Origin: a phage
Strand: one strand, 5' to 3'
Length of the DNA stretch: 64,000 nucleotides
Sequence record: OZ346187.1
The translations under genes were made by a program, and so were the position numbers. The notes under the pieces are model-generated. The model was not told the origin of the DNA, searched no databases, and saw only the letters and a list, made by a program, of their open reading frames with translations. Of this stretch, positions 20,292 to 29,237 are shown piece after piece; within the stretch, counting starts at the first letter, position 1; every line of letters starts with the position of its first letter.

Positions 20292-21341
20292 TTATTTAAC
20301 GTGCTTGAAAATACCAGCCAACTCGGTCATTGTCATGCGAGTGGTCTTCATAAGGTCTGTCATAGCCTTTTCCATGATTGGAGATACTACCATGAAGTTA
20401 CCTTTGGTGAAACCTTTGTTCCAGTCGGTAACTAATAGTGGTTTAAGTCCGGCCCCGAGACGCTCACCAGTTAAAGCACAACATTTTCGAATGTATGTGC
20501 TCTTAAACTGGCTGAAGGACAGATCAACTTTCATACCTGCATCGTAGAACGTCTGGCAATAGAAAGTGTAAGCTTTGGCAATCTCAACATCGTCAGGCAG
20601 TGCAGGAACCTCTTCTGTAAGCTCTTCTTCGACCCCTTGAGGCTCTTTTTCCTCTTCGTAAGCCTGTTGCGTCATCTCTTCAATCTCCTCTACTACAGGC
20701 TCGTTTACAATGTCAGAAATGTGCTTGTTGGCTCCACGATTAGCCATGAAGTTTTTAAAATCCTGCATTGGTGACATATCTTCTTCCTCTTCGTCAAAAA
20801 GTGCTAGTTTATCTTCTTCTGTCCCATATTGCAAGATGAAATCTTCAAAAGTATAATCACCTTTCAATTTCTCCATACGCTCTTCGCTCAGGTGAAGCAT
20901 CATCTGCTGGACAATTTTTCGATCAGTTTTGTCTTTTATCAATATTGCAGTCTTTTTATCTACCAGACAGTCTTTCAGAGCGTTGCACCTCAACCCTACC
21001 ACACAACAATTGTCAATTGCGTAAGGACCTTCATCATCTATCCGCTCCAGAGATGGGTAGAAAGGATTCCCCAGCCCGTTTTCATCTGTGTGCATGTCAA
21101 AAGGTATAAGGGTATAGTCGCATACTCCATCTCCTAAAAGTTTTTTACCAAATAGGAGGTATTCTTCCCATGACAGGTCGAACTCTATATCTCGTTTCCG
21201 TGCGTTATTCTGTTTGCGTCTATATTTTTTGAGCAAGCGCTCTAACTCTTCTGGTGTATAATATTTTTCAAGATTCATGAGTCGTCTCTCGTGCTCTGTA
21301 AGTGAAGAAATCGTATCAATTGTCTCAACAGATGTCAACAT
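20292..21341 (-). CDS. HNH-type endonuclease-like protein with two tandem HNH-like segments (349 aa)
   Basis: DIEFDLSWEEY...CDYT...PSLERIDDEGPYAIDNCCVV..CNALK resembles phage HNH nucleases of the IDRID..GY..N..CN..K type; a second degenerate copy lies C-terminally; start ATG at 21341. Confidence 0.5.
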   Translation of the reverse strand: MLTSVETIDTISSLTEHERRLMNLEKYYTPEELERLLKKYRRKQNNARKRDIEFDLSWEEYLLFGKKLLGDGVCDYTLIPFDMHTDENGLGNPFYPSLERIDDEGPYAIDNCCVVGLRCNALKDCLVDKKTAILIKDKTDRKIVQQMMLHLSEERMEKLKGDYTFEDFILQYGTEEDKLALFDEEEEDMSPMQDFKNFMANRGANKHISDIVNEPVVEEIEEMTQQAYEEEKEPQGVEEELTEEVPALPDDVEIAKAYTFYCQTFYDAGMKVDLSFSQFKSTYIRKCCALTGERLGAGLKPLLVTDWNKGFTKGNFMVVSPIMEKAMTDLMKTTRMTMTELAGIFKHVK

Positions 21342-21351
21342 CAAAAACGTG

Positions 21352-21380
21352 TTGACTTTACTCTAACTCTACAATATAGT
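21352..21380 (+). promoter_or_regulatory. sigma70-like promoter (TTGACT-17-TATAGT)
   Basis: -35 at 21352-21357, 17-nt spacer, -10 at 21375-21380, in the divergent intergenic region upstream of 21421. Confidence 0.45.
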
Positions 21381-21420
21381 GCACCCATTCGAAAGAAAAC
21401 TAACATAGGAGCACTTACTT

Positions 21421-22320
21421 ATGGCAAATCTTAACAGTTTTAGTACGCGGTGGAAACAGGACATAACAACCAATCTTTCAGCTGGGGACATCCTTTCTGC
21501 AATTTACGAGGCTTTAGATGATAAAGCTACTTCAAAAGCGGTTTGTACCAACCCGCTAATTCCTGTAGTGATGAAGGTTATTGAGCGTAGATTGGTATCT
21601 GGGTCTGATAAGTGGACATATTTAGATAATGAAGGACACACCTATTCCAATGGGTACGTCGATATAAAAGTAGAATACGCGGTATCATACCGCCGGAGCG
21701 GTTCTGTAACTTTCAACTTCTCTGGAGGTTTTCGATCTCTGGCTACCTCACCTTTTGTTTCCTCAGAGGAGAAGTATGAGCTGCCATTTCTTTGGATGAT
21801 GGCTAACGCGACAGGAAAAACCCCCGTTAGCATCCGAGTAAAATACAACTACAACGGATCTAGTAAGATCTATGCCGAAAGTGTCTCAGCAAGTTTTTAT
21901 TTTGTGATGGGAGATGGAATCCTCAAACATATAAAGATGTGCGATATGCATGATGTTATAAATGAAGTGACTGATAAGAATGTTCTAGTGAAAGACCTCA
22001 ACAATTTTTATACACCCGGAGACTATTACGTCAGCCGTCCACTGTGCATCTTTAATGCCGCACACCCTCTAGGTGAGTATTTGATCGCCAATAGCGATAT
22101 TGCCAATAACCGATTCGAGGTAGCAAGAGTTCAGAATGAGGTATTGACATCTTGCAAGAGTGGTGATAAGTTTACCGAAGAAGAGATGAGTGTTTTAGAA
22201 ATGATGGGATATAAGTGTAGCCTTTGGGTAGATGAGGTGTTTAATGATTGCATCTATGGACAGGATATTTACCCATTAAAGAAGTATACTGATACAAGTT
22301 TAATTTATGCGAGGGTTTGA
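21421..22320 (+). CDS. hypothetical early protein (299 aa)
   Basis: AGGAG RBS; first gene after the divergent promoter. Confidence 0.55.
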   Translation: MANLNSFSTRWKQDITTNLSAGDILSAIYEALDDKATSKAVCTNPLIPVVMKVIERRLVSGSDKWTYLDNEGHTYSNGYVDIKVEYAVSYRRSGSVTFNFSGGFRSLATSPFVSSEEKYELPFLWMMANATGKTPVSIRVKYNYNGSSKIYAESVSASFYFVMGDGILKHIKMCDMHDVINEVTDKNVLVKDLNNFYTPGDYYVSRPLCIFNAAHPLGEYLIANSDIANNRFEVARVQNEVLTSCKSGDKFTEEEMSVLEMMGYKCSLWVDEVFNDCIYGQDIYPLKKYTDTSLIYARV

Positions 22321-22325
22321 CTACG

Positions 22326-22595
22326 ATGAAGTCGTGTGGTAATGTATATTACGTCGGTGAACATGTTCAGGCAGACAGTGTGTGGAAATCTATTAAGTCC
22401 ACCACTGACGATGCCTTTCTGAGTGGACTATGTTTCCCCAATCCGGGAGACATCCTCCCTCATCCTGGAGATTTTGTTGTCAACAAGATGGACGGTTATA
22501 CCGTGTGCCTGATGGTTGAAAAAATCTTTTTAGACACTAGACACAATCACCGTCTTGTGTTAAAATTTCAAGAATGTAAAATGACAATTGCCTAA
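22326..22595 (+). CDS. hypothetical protein (89 aa)
   Basis: In-frame ATG at 22326 (track TTG 22317). Confidence 0.4.
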   Translation: MKSCGNVYYVGEHVQADSVWKSIKSTTDDAFLSGLCFPNPGDILPHPGDFVVNKMDGYTVCLMVEKIFLDTRHNHRLVLKFQECKMTIA

Positions 22596-22608
22596 GGAGA
22601 CCTTACCG

Positions 22609-22965
22609 ATGTCTAAAGTTACTTATCGTGCAGCTATTTACTGCAATGAACACCCAATTAACAATGATGGTCACTGCCTTTTTAAAGAAAATCAGTTGGG
22701 ATGTATTGTCCTCCCTGATGAAGGGAAAGGTTATCTGATTGCATTGACAGGGTTTGAACCTGAAGCTCTGGAAGCCAATCTGGACTACCTGGTAGAAGAG
22801 GGTGCTGCAGACCTGGTTGCCAATGGCTTCTCCATAAGCCTTGACGAAGTGGAGCGCTTCATGGGCAATTACCGTGTAGTGCGTGAGTTTACTATCGAGG
22901 TGGAAACTCCAGAGTGGGGTAGCCATGAAACTAATGCCGAAGAAAAAGAAGAGGAGGTAGAATAA
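22609..22965 (+). CDS. hypothetical acidic protein (118 aa)
   Basis: ATG at 22609 preceded by AAGGAGA (track TTG 22588). Confidence 0.45.
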   Translation: MSKVTYRAAIYCNEHPINNDGHCLFKENQLGCIVLPDEGKGYLIALTGFEPEALEANLDYLVEEGAADLVANGFSISLDEVERFMGNYRVVREFTIEVETPEWGSHETNAEEKEEEVE

Positions 22966-23222
22966 TGAAAGTGCAGATCTTGACTAATGCCGAGAAGATG
23001 TTTATTGAAGATACACCTTTTGAAGCTGGTGAGCTCCAGTTCATTTATTTTGTTGACTTAGATAAGGTGTTCCCTGCACTGAATCTTGGTCTGGATGAAG
23101 TTCCTCATAAGGTTTTGTGCCAAGTTGTTCGTGCATTAGCGGCAGATGGGGAGTTCCACACCCTTGAAGATGTCCAGACCTACGGGTATCTTGAACTACA
23201 ACGAGAAGAAGAGGTGGACTGA
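22965..23222 (+). CDS. hypothetical protein (85 aa)
   Basis: GAGGAGG RBS, ATG overlapping upstream stop. Confidence 0.45.
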   Translation: MKVQILTNAEKMFIEDTPFEAGELQFIYFVDLDKVFPALNLGLDEVPHKVLCQVVRALAADGEFHTLEDVQTYGYLELQREEEVD

Positions 23223-23224
23223 TA

Positions 23225-23605
23225 ATGGCCCGGTGGAAGACAACAGTTGACCTTCATGATCAGTGGTTAGGACGCATCACTGAAGACGGGAAGCTAGTGG
23301 AGTGGGACAATAAGCATGTTAGCGAGTTGGCAAGTATTGTGGCTGGCAAGTTACGCTCCAAGTTCCCTGAACAACTGGATCCTGATAGTTCAAAGTTCGA
23401 TCCTGAGTTGGAGGATGTTGTATACTACTTCGACACCGTTGATGACTACGACGCGTGGTTTGCAGCACGGGAGCTTTACCCACAAGGCTCTGCTATGCGT
23501 CAGATGGAAGAAGATTATCCTCCGTGTGAGCAATTCAATAGTGCAATGACTTGCCTCTATGATTGGGCAGATAAGAACCTTGTCTGGATTCGGACTGCAT
23601 TTTAG
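23225..23605 (+). CDS. hypothetical protein (126 aa)
   Basis: ORF with RBS. Confidence 0.45.
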   Translation: MARWKTTVDLHDQWLGRITEDGKLVEWDNKHVSELASIVAGKLRSKFPEQLDPDSSKFDPELEDVVYYFDTVDDYDAWFAARELYPQGSAMRQMEEDYPPCEQFNSAMTCLYDWADKNLVWIRTAF

Positions 23606-23649
23606 TGGGCAGGAATGGCGGCAAGGATGCTGCTTAAGGAGTAGTAGAG

Positions 23650-23919
23650 ATGTTATACCAGCAATATGAACTTCGTGCAGAAAAAGAGTTAAATTTTGAC
23701 AAAGATATTCACAGATATTATTATGGGAAAGTTAGAGGGCAAGCAAGAAAGTGTACTCCAACACTCTTTTATGCCAGCAGACGACTAGCGCCAGAAGAGG
23801 CAACAGCAGAAAGGGTTGCGTACAACTGGAGAGTCACGTATGATATTGACAGATCCGATGTGATATCTGTTTTGGAAAACTTTGAAAACACTTACACACA
23901 AGTAGAGGACTTTTACTAA
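23650..23919 (+). CDS. hypothetical protein (89 aa)
   Basis: AAGGAG RBS. Confidence 0.45.
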   Translation: MLYQQYELRAEKELNFDKDIHRYYYGKVRGQARKCTPTLFYASRRLAPEEATAERVAYNWRVTYDIDRSDVISVLENFENTYTQVEDFY

Positions 23920-25103
23920 TGTCAAGAAACGTATTCGAAAGTGGTCAAATCACTGTCCGTGAGTTGCCAGCTATTATTCAGTTTGCCCAACGTCATAGCC
24001 GATCTGTCCTAGTTTTGGGACCAATGGGTGTGGGTAAAAGCCAGGTGATGAAGCAGATCGCTGATAATATGTTCGGTGAGCGAGATGACAACCTTGTTGA
24101 CGTGCGACTGTCAGATAAAGATCCTGCCGACTTATCTGGGCTACCTATCCCTGTAGAGGCGGATGGAACTACACGTACAGTGTTTGCAATTCCAGAATTT
24201 TGGCCTGCGGATCCTGACTGGAGCGGAATTATCTTTCTGGATGAGCTCACTCATGCAGATAACTACCTGCAAAAGGTTGCAATGCAAATTATGCTTGACC
24301 ACAAGTGCGGTACCTATGCATTCCCTAAGGGTTCTGTTTTTGTGGCTGCTGGTAACCGTTCTACAGATGGTGCGGTTCTTTCGGCGCTCGAAGCCCCTCT
24401 GGCTAACCGTTTTATCATTGTAGAGGTTACAAGCAATGCAGAGGTGTTTATTGAGGACTACGCATTCCTTAATGGGGTGCACTCCTCTGTAATTGGATAT
24501 CTGAAAAGAGTTCCATCAGCTATCGATAATTATGAGGCCATGGCTGAGATTAATTGTCCATCTTTTGCCACACCGCGATCTTGGGTTGCTGCATCTGATA
24601 TCTTGCACGATTTTGACAGCGGTATTATTTCTGACGCTATGGCCCGTGTTCTTCTGCAAGGTGCTATTGGTCACACTGCAGCGGTAGAGATCTGGACATA
24701 CCACACCAAGAAACGCAATTTACCTGAAATCGGTCGGATTATGGCAGGTGGTTGCAAAGAATACGTAGGTCCTAAGCAGCCAGACATTTTGTGGATTCTT
24801 GGATCTGAAGGTTGTATCGCTATTCGTAATATGATGGAAAATGCAAGTATCTCAGACGAAGATCTTGTCAGCTGCGTGGCAAACTTCCTCGATTTCCTTT
24901 GGGAAAACTTCAAGGACGAGAACCGAGATTTTGTATTCTCAGTCTTTATGGCGATGATGAAACCTAATGCCTTAGGAAATGCCTTGCTTATCGGCAAAGG
25001 GCGTGACAAGATTGTTGCTCAGCTGATCAAAGCATACCCAAACCTGATGAAGATTGTAAAAGAGTTTGGTGAAGAGTTTAGCGCCATTTTGGCTAAAGCT
25101 TAA
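23919..25103 (+). CDS. MoxR/CobS-like AAA+ ATPase (394 aa)
   Basis: Walker A VLVLGPMGVGKSQ, Walker B IIFLDELTHAD, sensor-like FVAAGN and ALANRF, the AAA_5/MoxR arrangement. Confidence 0.75.
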   Translation: MSRNVFESGQITVRELPAIIQFAQRHSRSVLVLGPMGVGKSQVMKQIADNMFGERDDNLVDVRLSDKDPADLSGLPIPVEADGTTRTVFAIPEFWPADPDWSGIIFLDELTHADNYLQKVAMQIMLDHKCGTYAFPKGSVFVAAGNRSTDGAVLSALEAPLANRFIIVEVTSNAEVFIEDYAFLNGVHSSVIGYLKRVPSAIDNYEAMAEINCPSFATPRSWVAASDILHDFDSGIISDAMARVLLQGAIGHTAAVEIWTYHTKKRNLPEIGRIMAGGCKEYVGPKQPDILWILGSEGCIAIRNMMENASISDEDLVSCVANFLDFLWENFKDENRDFVFSVFMAMMKPNALGNALLIGKGRDKIVAQLIKAYPNLMKIVKEFGEEFSAILAKA

Positions 25104-25112
25104 GGGGGTTGT

Positions 25113-25493
25113 ATGGCTAAAGTAGGTAAGCGGGGAAACTACCTGGTGGTATTGACCGAGGAGCCGGAGAAGGAGTACGAATGCAGCTCCACTTGCGTGA
25201 TCGATATCCGAGAAAAAGATGTAGATGAAATCTGGTTTAAAATATTAGACGCTTGCGACAGCAGTGATTATTTCTTCATCTATGTCAACGATAAGGCTGG
25301 ATTCTTCCATGACGACGGAGAGTTGCCGTATGAAATCTATGAACTTGTAGAGGCTTGCCATCGTGGAGATGCGGAGTTGTTTGGCTTACGGCTGAAAAGC
25401 GGTAAATTCTTCTATCAAGATGAGTGCATGAATCTTCATAACTTTGTAGAGGGAACTTGCAACGATGGAGAGATTTTGGCACACTACGATTAA
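25113..25493 (+). CDS. hypothetical protein (126 aa)
   Basis: ORF with RBS. Confidence 0.45.
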   Translation: MAKVGKRGNYLVVLTEEPEKEYECSSTCVIDIREKDVDEIWFKILDACDSSDYFFIYVNDKAGFFHDDGELPYEIYELVEACHRGDAELFGLRLKSGKFFYQDECMNLHNFVEGTCNDGEILAHYD

Positions 25494-25505
25494 TTTCTAA
25501 TACCA

Positions 25506-25530
25506 CCCCGCTTCGGCGGGGATTTTCTAT
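25506..25530 (+). terminator. rho-independent terminator-like hairpin
   Basis: ccccgc-ttcg-gcgggg followed by attttctatt. Confidence 0.55.
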
Positions 25531-25541
25531 TTGGAGTTATT

Positions 25542-26042
25542 GTGAAAATTAAGATCTTTGCTATTATTTTGAGCGCATTTTTATCGCTGCCTGTTGTTGC
25601 AGCACCAAAACAAAAAGTATATCATACTTGCAAGCCCTCAGATACTAAGGAAAACATTTTGGCATGTAATATCTACAGGGAGGCTAGAGGGGATGGCACG
25701 ATGGGTATGCTGGCATCAGGGTTTGCCACACTAAACAGGAAATCTCACCCCAAATACCCAGACACTATAAGAAAGATTGTCTACCAACCTAACCAGTTTT
25801 CGTGGACAAACCACGGCAAAACTTTTAAGGTGACAGAAAAAGATTCATGGGATCACGCTAAAAGTCTTGCAAAGATGCTTCTAAAGGTCTATAATAACAA
25901 CCATGTTGCATACATGGCTATGGACATAACAGGTGGAGCAACACACTACCATACAACCAAAGTACGACCGAAATGGGCAAAAAAGATGCAGAGGACAGCT
26001 CAATTCGGGAGTCATATCTACTACAAGGAGCGCAATAAATGA
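25542..26042 (+). CDS. secreted SleB-type cell-wall hydrolase (166 aa)
   Basis: GTG start after GGAG; N-terminal signal peptide; NIYREARGDG, VYQPNQFSW and ATHYHT motifs match the Hydrolase_2/SleB catalytic domain. Confidence 0.75.
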   Translation: MKIKIFAIILSAFLSLPVVAAPKQKVYHTCKPSDTKENILACNIYREARGDGTMGMLASGFATLNRKSHPKYPDTIRKIVYQPNQFSWTNHGKTFKVTEKDSWDHAKSLAKMLLKVYNNNHVAYMAMDITGGATHYHTTKVRPKWAKKMQRTAQFGSHIYYKERNK

Positions 26043-28021
26043 TTGTAAACAGTAATGAAACTAAAGCAGTACTAACCGGAAATATGGAGGTCACCAGGGG
26101 CTCAATTTCTCTGAACAAAGAGACTTTTGGGCTAATCATTAAAGGGATTTACGAAGATAAGGTGCTGGCAAGCTGCCGTGAACCAATCTTCAATGCTGTG
26201 GACTCCCATGTTGAGTCTGGACGGGGTGATGTACCGATCATCATTCACTCTCCTACAGACCTTGAACCATACTTCTTTGTGCAGGACGTTGGATTGGGCA
26301 TGTCGGAAGAGATGGTCCGCAACACTTTCATGAACCTCGGGGAGTCAACCAAGCGCAACAGCAACGCTCTGGTAGGTAATAAAGGTGTAGGTTCAAAGGC
26401 CCCGTTCAGCATGGTGGACACTTTCGATGTGATCAGTGTGCACAACGGTGTTGAAAGCACATATCTGTTGTTCTTGGATCAGGGTATCCCAAACGTTACC
26501 AAGATCCGCGAGCGAAAGACTGAAGAGCACAACGGGGTAAAAGTTCAGTTCCATGTTAAGAAAGAGCATGTTCTGAAATATCGCACTGCTATTGCGTCAT
26601 GCCTACGCTATGCAAAGTTTCCGTTTACCGTTACCGACCCTATGACCAGTAAGATGCTGGAAGGTGACAAGGTTGAGGCGCAGTATCGCTACGAGAAAGA
26701 TGGTTGGAAAATGACTATCCTGAAAGGTTATACCAGCTCTGATGAGAGCCGTGTGGTGATGGGACACCAACCTTACCGCTCTAAGTTTCTGGAAACATTG
26801 ACAGACTACCCTGCAATCTGTGTAGAGATCCCTATCGGGGATTGCAATATTAACCCTGGGCGCGAATGGACCATAGAGGGGCACGACGATGGTGGATTCC
26901 AGGATCGCCTGGAGGCCTTTGTCAAAGAAGGTATACGTCTTCGTGGGGCAGAAGTTGTTGCGGAATTGGAGACAGCAAAAACATCCTCAGAAGCACGTGA
27001 GATGATGAAGAACAGTGGAGTGTTCGGACACATCTTCGGCAAAAACTTTATGTGGAACCGTTGGGAAGAAACAGGGCTTGGCGACTTAGGCGATTGTGAA
27101 ATTTTCGCTGGCGGCTTAAATAAAGGCCGCATAGGCTATGCTCGTTACGGAAAGTCGGAGTTCTTACGAGGTGTATACCTTGTATTTAACGACGGAGACG
27201 GCAAATATAACCGAAATAAGTGTAACTACTTAAGCGAGATCACCGGACGCAACGTTTTCTATTGCCGTAACACGGATCTGATGGAAGAGTTTAAAGAAGC
27301 GGCACACCACCCGTTCTTTGCAGATACGGTCAAATTGTTATCAGAGCTCCCTCGCCGTCCTGTAAAGAAAGGTGAAACAAAAACTCACTATGAGCCAGGG
27401 TATTGGGTTAAAAAACTTGAGAAAGATGGTTACTTCCGTCGTGAGCGTATTACTAAGGCAGAGTTCAAGAAGATTAAGCACTGCATTCCTTATGAGGGTG
27501 ATATCCAACGTGGAAGTTGTTGGCTGGGACAGCTAAGTAACATCTACCAGCAAAATTATGACCGTGTGCGTGCGGCACTCCAGATTCCTGAAGGGGAAGA
27601 TCTGTACCTGGTATCAGAATCTCGTCTGCTTTGGACTGATCCTGATTGCCAGTATGTTACAGAGAAAAATGTGGAACATTTGTTGAAAGAGGACGCCTGG
27701 AAATTCTTACTGACTCGCGCAGCAAATGAAACTTCATATGACAGCCTGTATAGACAATTAGGGAAAATTATCCCCATGCAAGATTTTGGAAATTATCGGC
27801 CACATTTCCACAAGTGGGAAGGTAACACCGCGTGGAAGCACAGTGAGCTAAATCATCGTGCCAAAATCTTAATCGCCAACCGAGTCAAGTGCGGGAAGGC
27901 CTATATTGCAAGATTGGAAAAGAAATATCCACTTTTGAAGCATGTGGGCTTGAAATATTGGGACACTCCTGCTATGATTGAATACCGTGAACTGATCGAC
28001 GCAAAGAATAACACCAAATAA
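26039..28021 (+). CDS. GHKL (Bergerat-fold) ATPase-like protein (660 aa)
   Basis: N-box-like EPIFNAVD, G1-like QDVGLGMS and G2-like GNKGVGSKA in the first 120 residues; no Toprim EGDSA motif, so not obviously a topoisomerase. Confidence 0.5.
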   Translation: MIVNSNETKAVLTGNMEVTRGSISLNKETFGLIIKGIYEDKVLASCREPIFNAVDSHVESGRGDVPIIIHSPTDLEPYFFVQDVGLGMSEEMVRNTFMNLGESTKRNSNALVGNKGVGSKAPFSMVDTFDVISVHNGVESTYLLFLDQGIPNVTKIRERKTEEHNGVKVQFHVKKEHVLKYRTAIASCLRYAKFPFTVTDPMTSKMLEGDKVEAQYRYEKDGWKMTILKGYTSSDESRVVMGHQPYRSKFLETLTDYPAICVEIPIGDCNINPGREWTIEGHDDGGFQDRLEAFVKEGIRLRGAEVVAELETAKTSSEAREMMKNSGVFGHIFGKNFMWNRWEETGLGDLGDCEIFAGGLNKGRIGYARYGKSEFLRGVYLVFNDGDGKYNRNKCNYLSEITGRNVFYCRNTDLMEEFKEAAHHPFFADTVKLLSELPRRPVKKGETKTHYEPGYWVKKLEKDGYFRRERITKAEFKKIKHCIPYEGDIQRGSCWLGQLSNIYQQNYDRVRAALQIPEGEDLYLVSESRLLWTDPDCQYVTEKNVEHLLKEDAWKFLLTRAANETSYDSLYRQLGKIIPMQDFGNYRPHFHKWEGNTAWKHSELNHRAKILIANRVKCGKAYIARLEKKYPLLKHVGLKYWDTPAMIEYRELIDAKNNTK

Positions 28022-28031
28022 GGAGACAGCT

Positions 28032-29237
28032 ATGATTTTCATCTACGAACATTTCAAAACTCGTAAAGAAGCACGCGACCGCCGTGCAGAACTTGAGAAG
28101 AAGGGTTTCACATGTGCTATTGAGAAAGGTACTACAACATGGACACTGGCAGTAGGTGCCCCAGAGCTGTTTGATCCTGACCGAGACAGTGTCTGCTATA
28201 CCCGTGAGGATTTTGAAACCCGCGAAGAGGCCCGTTTATTCCGCTACGGACTGGAAGACAACGGTAAGTACGCCATGATCTTAGATTCAGGTGAAGGTTC
28301 CGTTAAACGTTGGGGCGTGGTATACCCACTGTGTGTTGTTCACGGTGTGGGGGTCACTGGGGTAGCAATCAAGTCAGAAGAACCTTTAGTAGAAGTCAAA
28401 GATCCGGTGCTGGAAGTGGTGAGCAGTGTGTCTCAGCAACAGTCTCGAAGCATCGAGCCTTTGGTAGTTATTTGCGGGGAACTCCTCCAAATCACCTGCA
28501 ACGAAGGCATTTTTGAAATTCGCCGCAGCGAAAGTGAGGAAGTTTACCAGAAAGTCTTCGACCATATTTCTGTTCAGGAATATGATGAGGCAATTGGTGA
28601 AATCCTTGTCTGGCTGGAACGCAAGAATGAGTTCACCACACTTGCAGACAACCTGATCATGAAAGATGGTAAGCTCTACTACTACGGTGTAGAGATGCGA
28701 TCCACCATTGCAAAGAAAATTGAGGAAGATTATGTAGATGGAACACTGGACGACCGATATGTTAAATTCCTTGTCCGTCTGCTACGCAACCCGTCTGCAA
28801 AATCTGTGAACATGCTCTACGATTTCATGCAGGCTAATGACATCCAGGTTGCAGAAGATGGTCGAATCATTTGCTATAAGGGGGTTCAGTTTAACGGGAG
28901 CAGGTGGGTGGATTGGCACAGCGGTAAAGTTCCACAATACCAGGGTGCTTTTGTGTCCATGCCTCGTAACTTTGTAGAAGATGATCCGGAAGCTGCGTGT
29001 TCTTATGGCCTGCACTGCGCCAGCAAAGAGTATGCAGCGGGCTATGGCACTGTAATGATGGTTATGGTTGACCCTGCGGATGTGGTTAGTGTGCCATACC
29101 AACACAACAGTGCTAAGTGCCGTGCATGCCGCTACGAAATCGTAGCAGCACCGGAATCACGCAAAGATGGCGATCCGATTGAATACGTAGTTGACCGTGA
29201 TGGTAACATCATCGACATTATCTACGAGGAGGCGTAA
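28032..29237 (+). CDS. hypothetical protein with two N-terminal about 40-aa repeats (401 aa)
   Basis: AAGGAGA RBS; tandem N-terminal repeats; no catalytic motif recognised. Confidence 0.5.
   Translation: MIFIYEHFKTRKEARDRRAELEKKGFTCAIEKGTTTWTLAVGAPELFDPDRDSVCYTREDFETREEARLFRYGLEDNGKYAMILDSGEGSVKRWGVVYPLCVVHGVGVTGVAIKSEEPLVEVKDPVLEVVSSVSQQQSRSIEPLVVICGELLQITCNEGIFEIRRSESEEVYQKVFDHISVQEYDEAIGEILVWLERKNEFTTLADNLIMKDGKLYYYGVEMRSTIAKKIEEDYVDGTLDDRYVKFLVRLLRNPSAKSVNMLYDFMQANDIQVAEDGRIICYKGVQFNGSRWVDWHSGKVPQYQGAFVSMPRNFVEDDPEAACSYGLHCASKEYAAGYGTVMMVMVDPADVVSVPYQHNSAKCRACRYEIVAAPESRKDGDPIEYVVDRDGNIIDIIYEEA

Noticed and set aside
26039-29237. Interpretation of the GHKL ATPase plus following 401-aa protein as a T4-like topoisomerase II
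   Set aside because: No Toprim EGDSA / DxD motifs in the 660-aa protein and no recognisable catalytic Tyr region in the 401-aa protein; kept as GHKL-type ATPase of unknown role.
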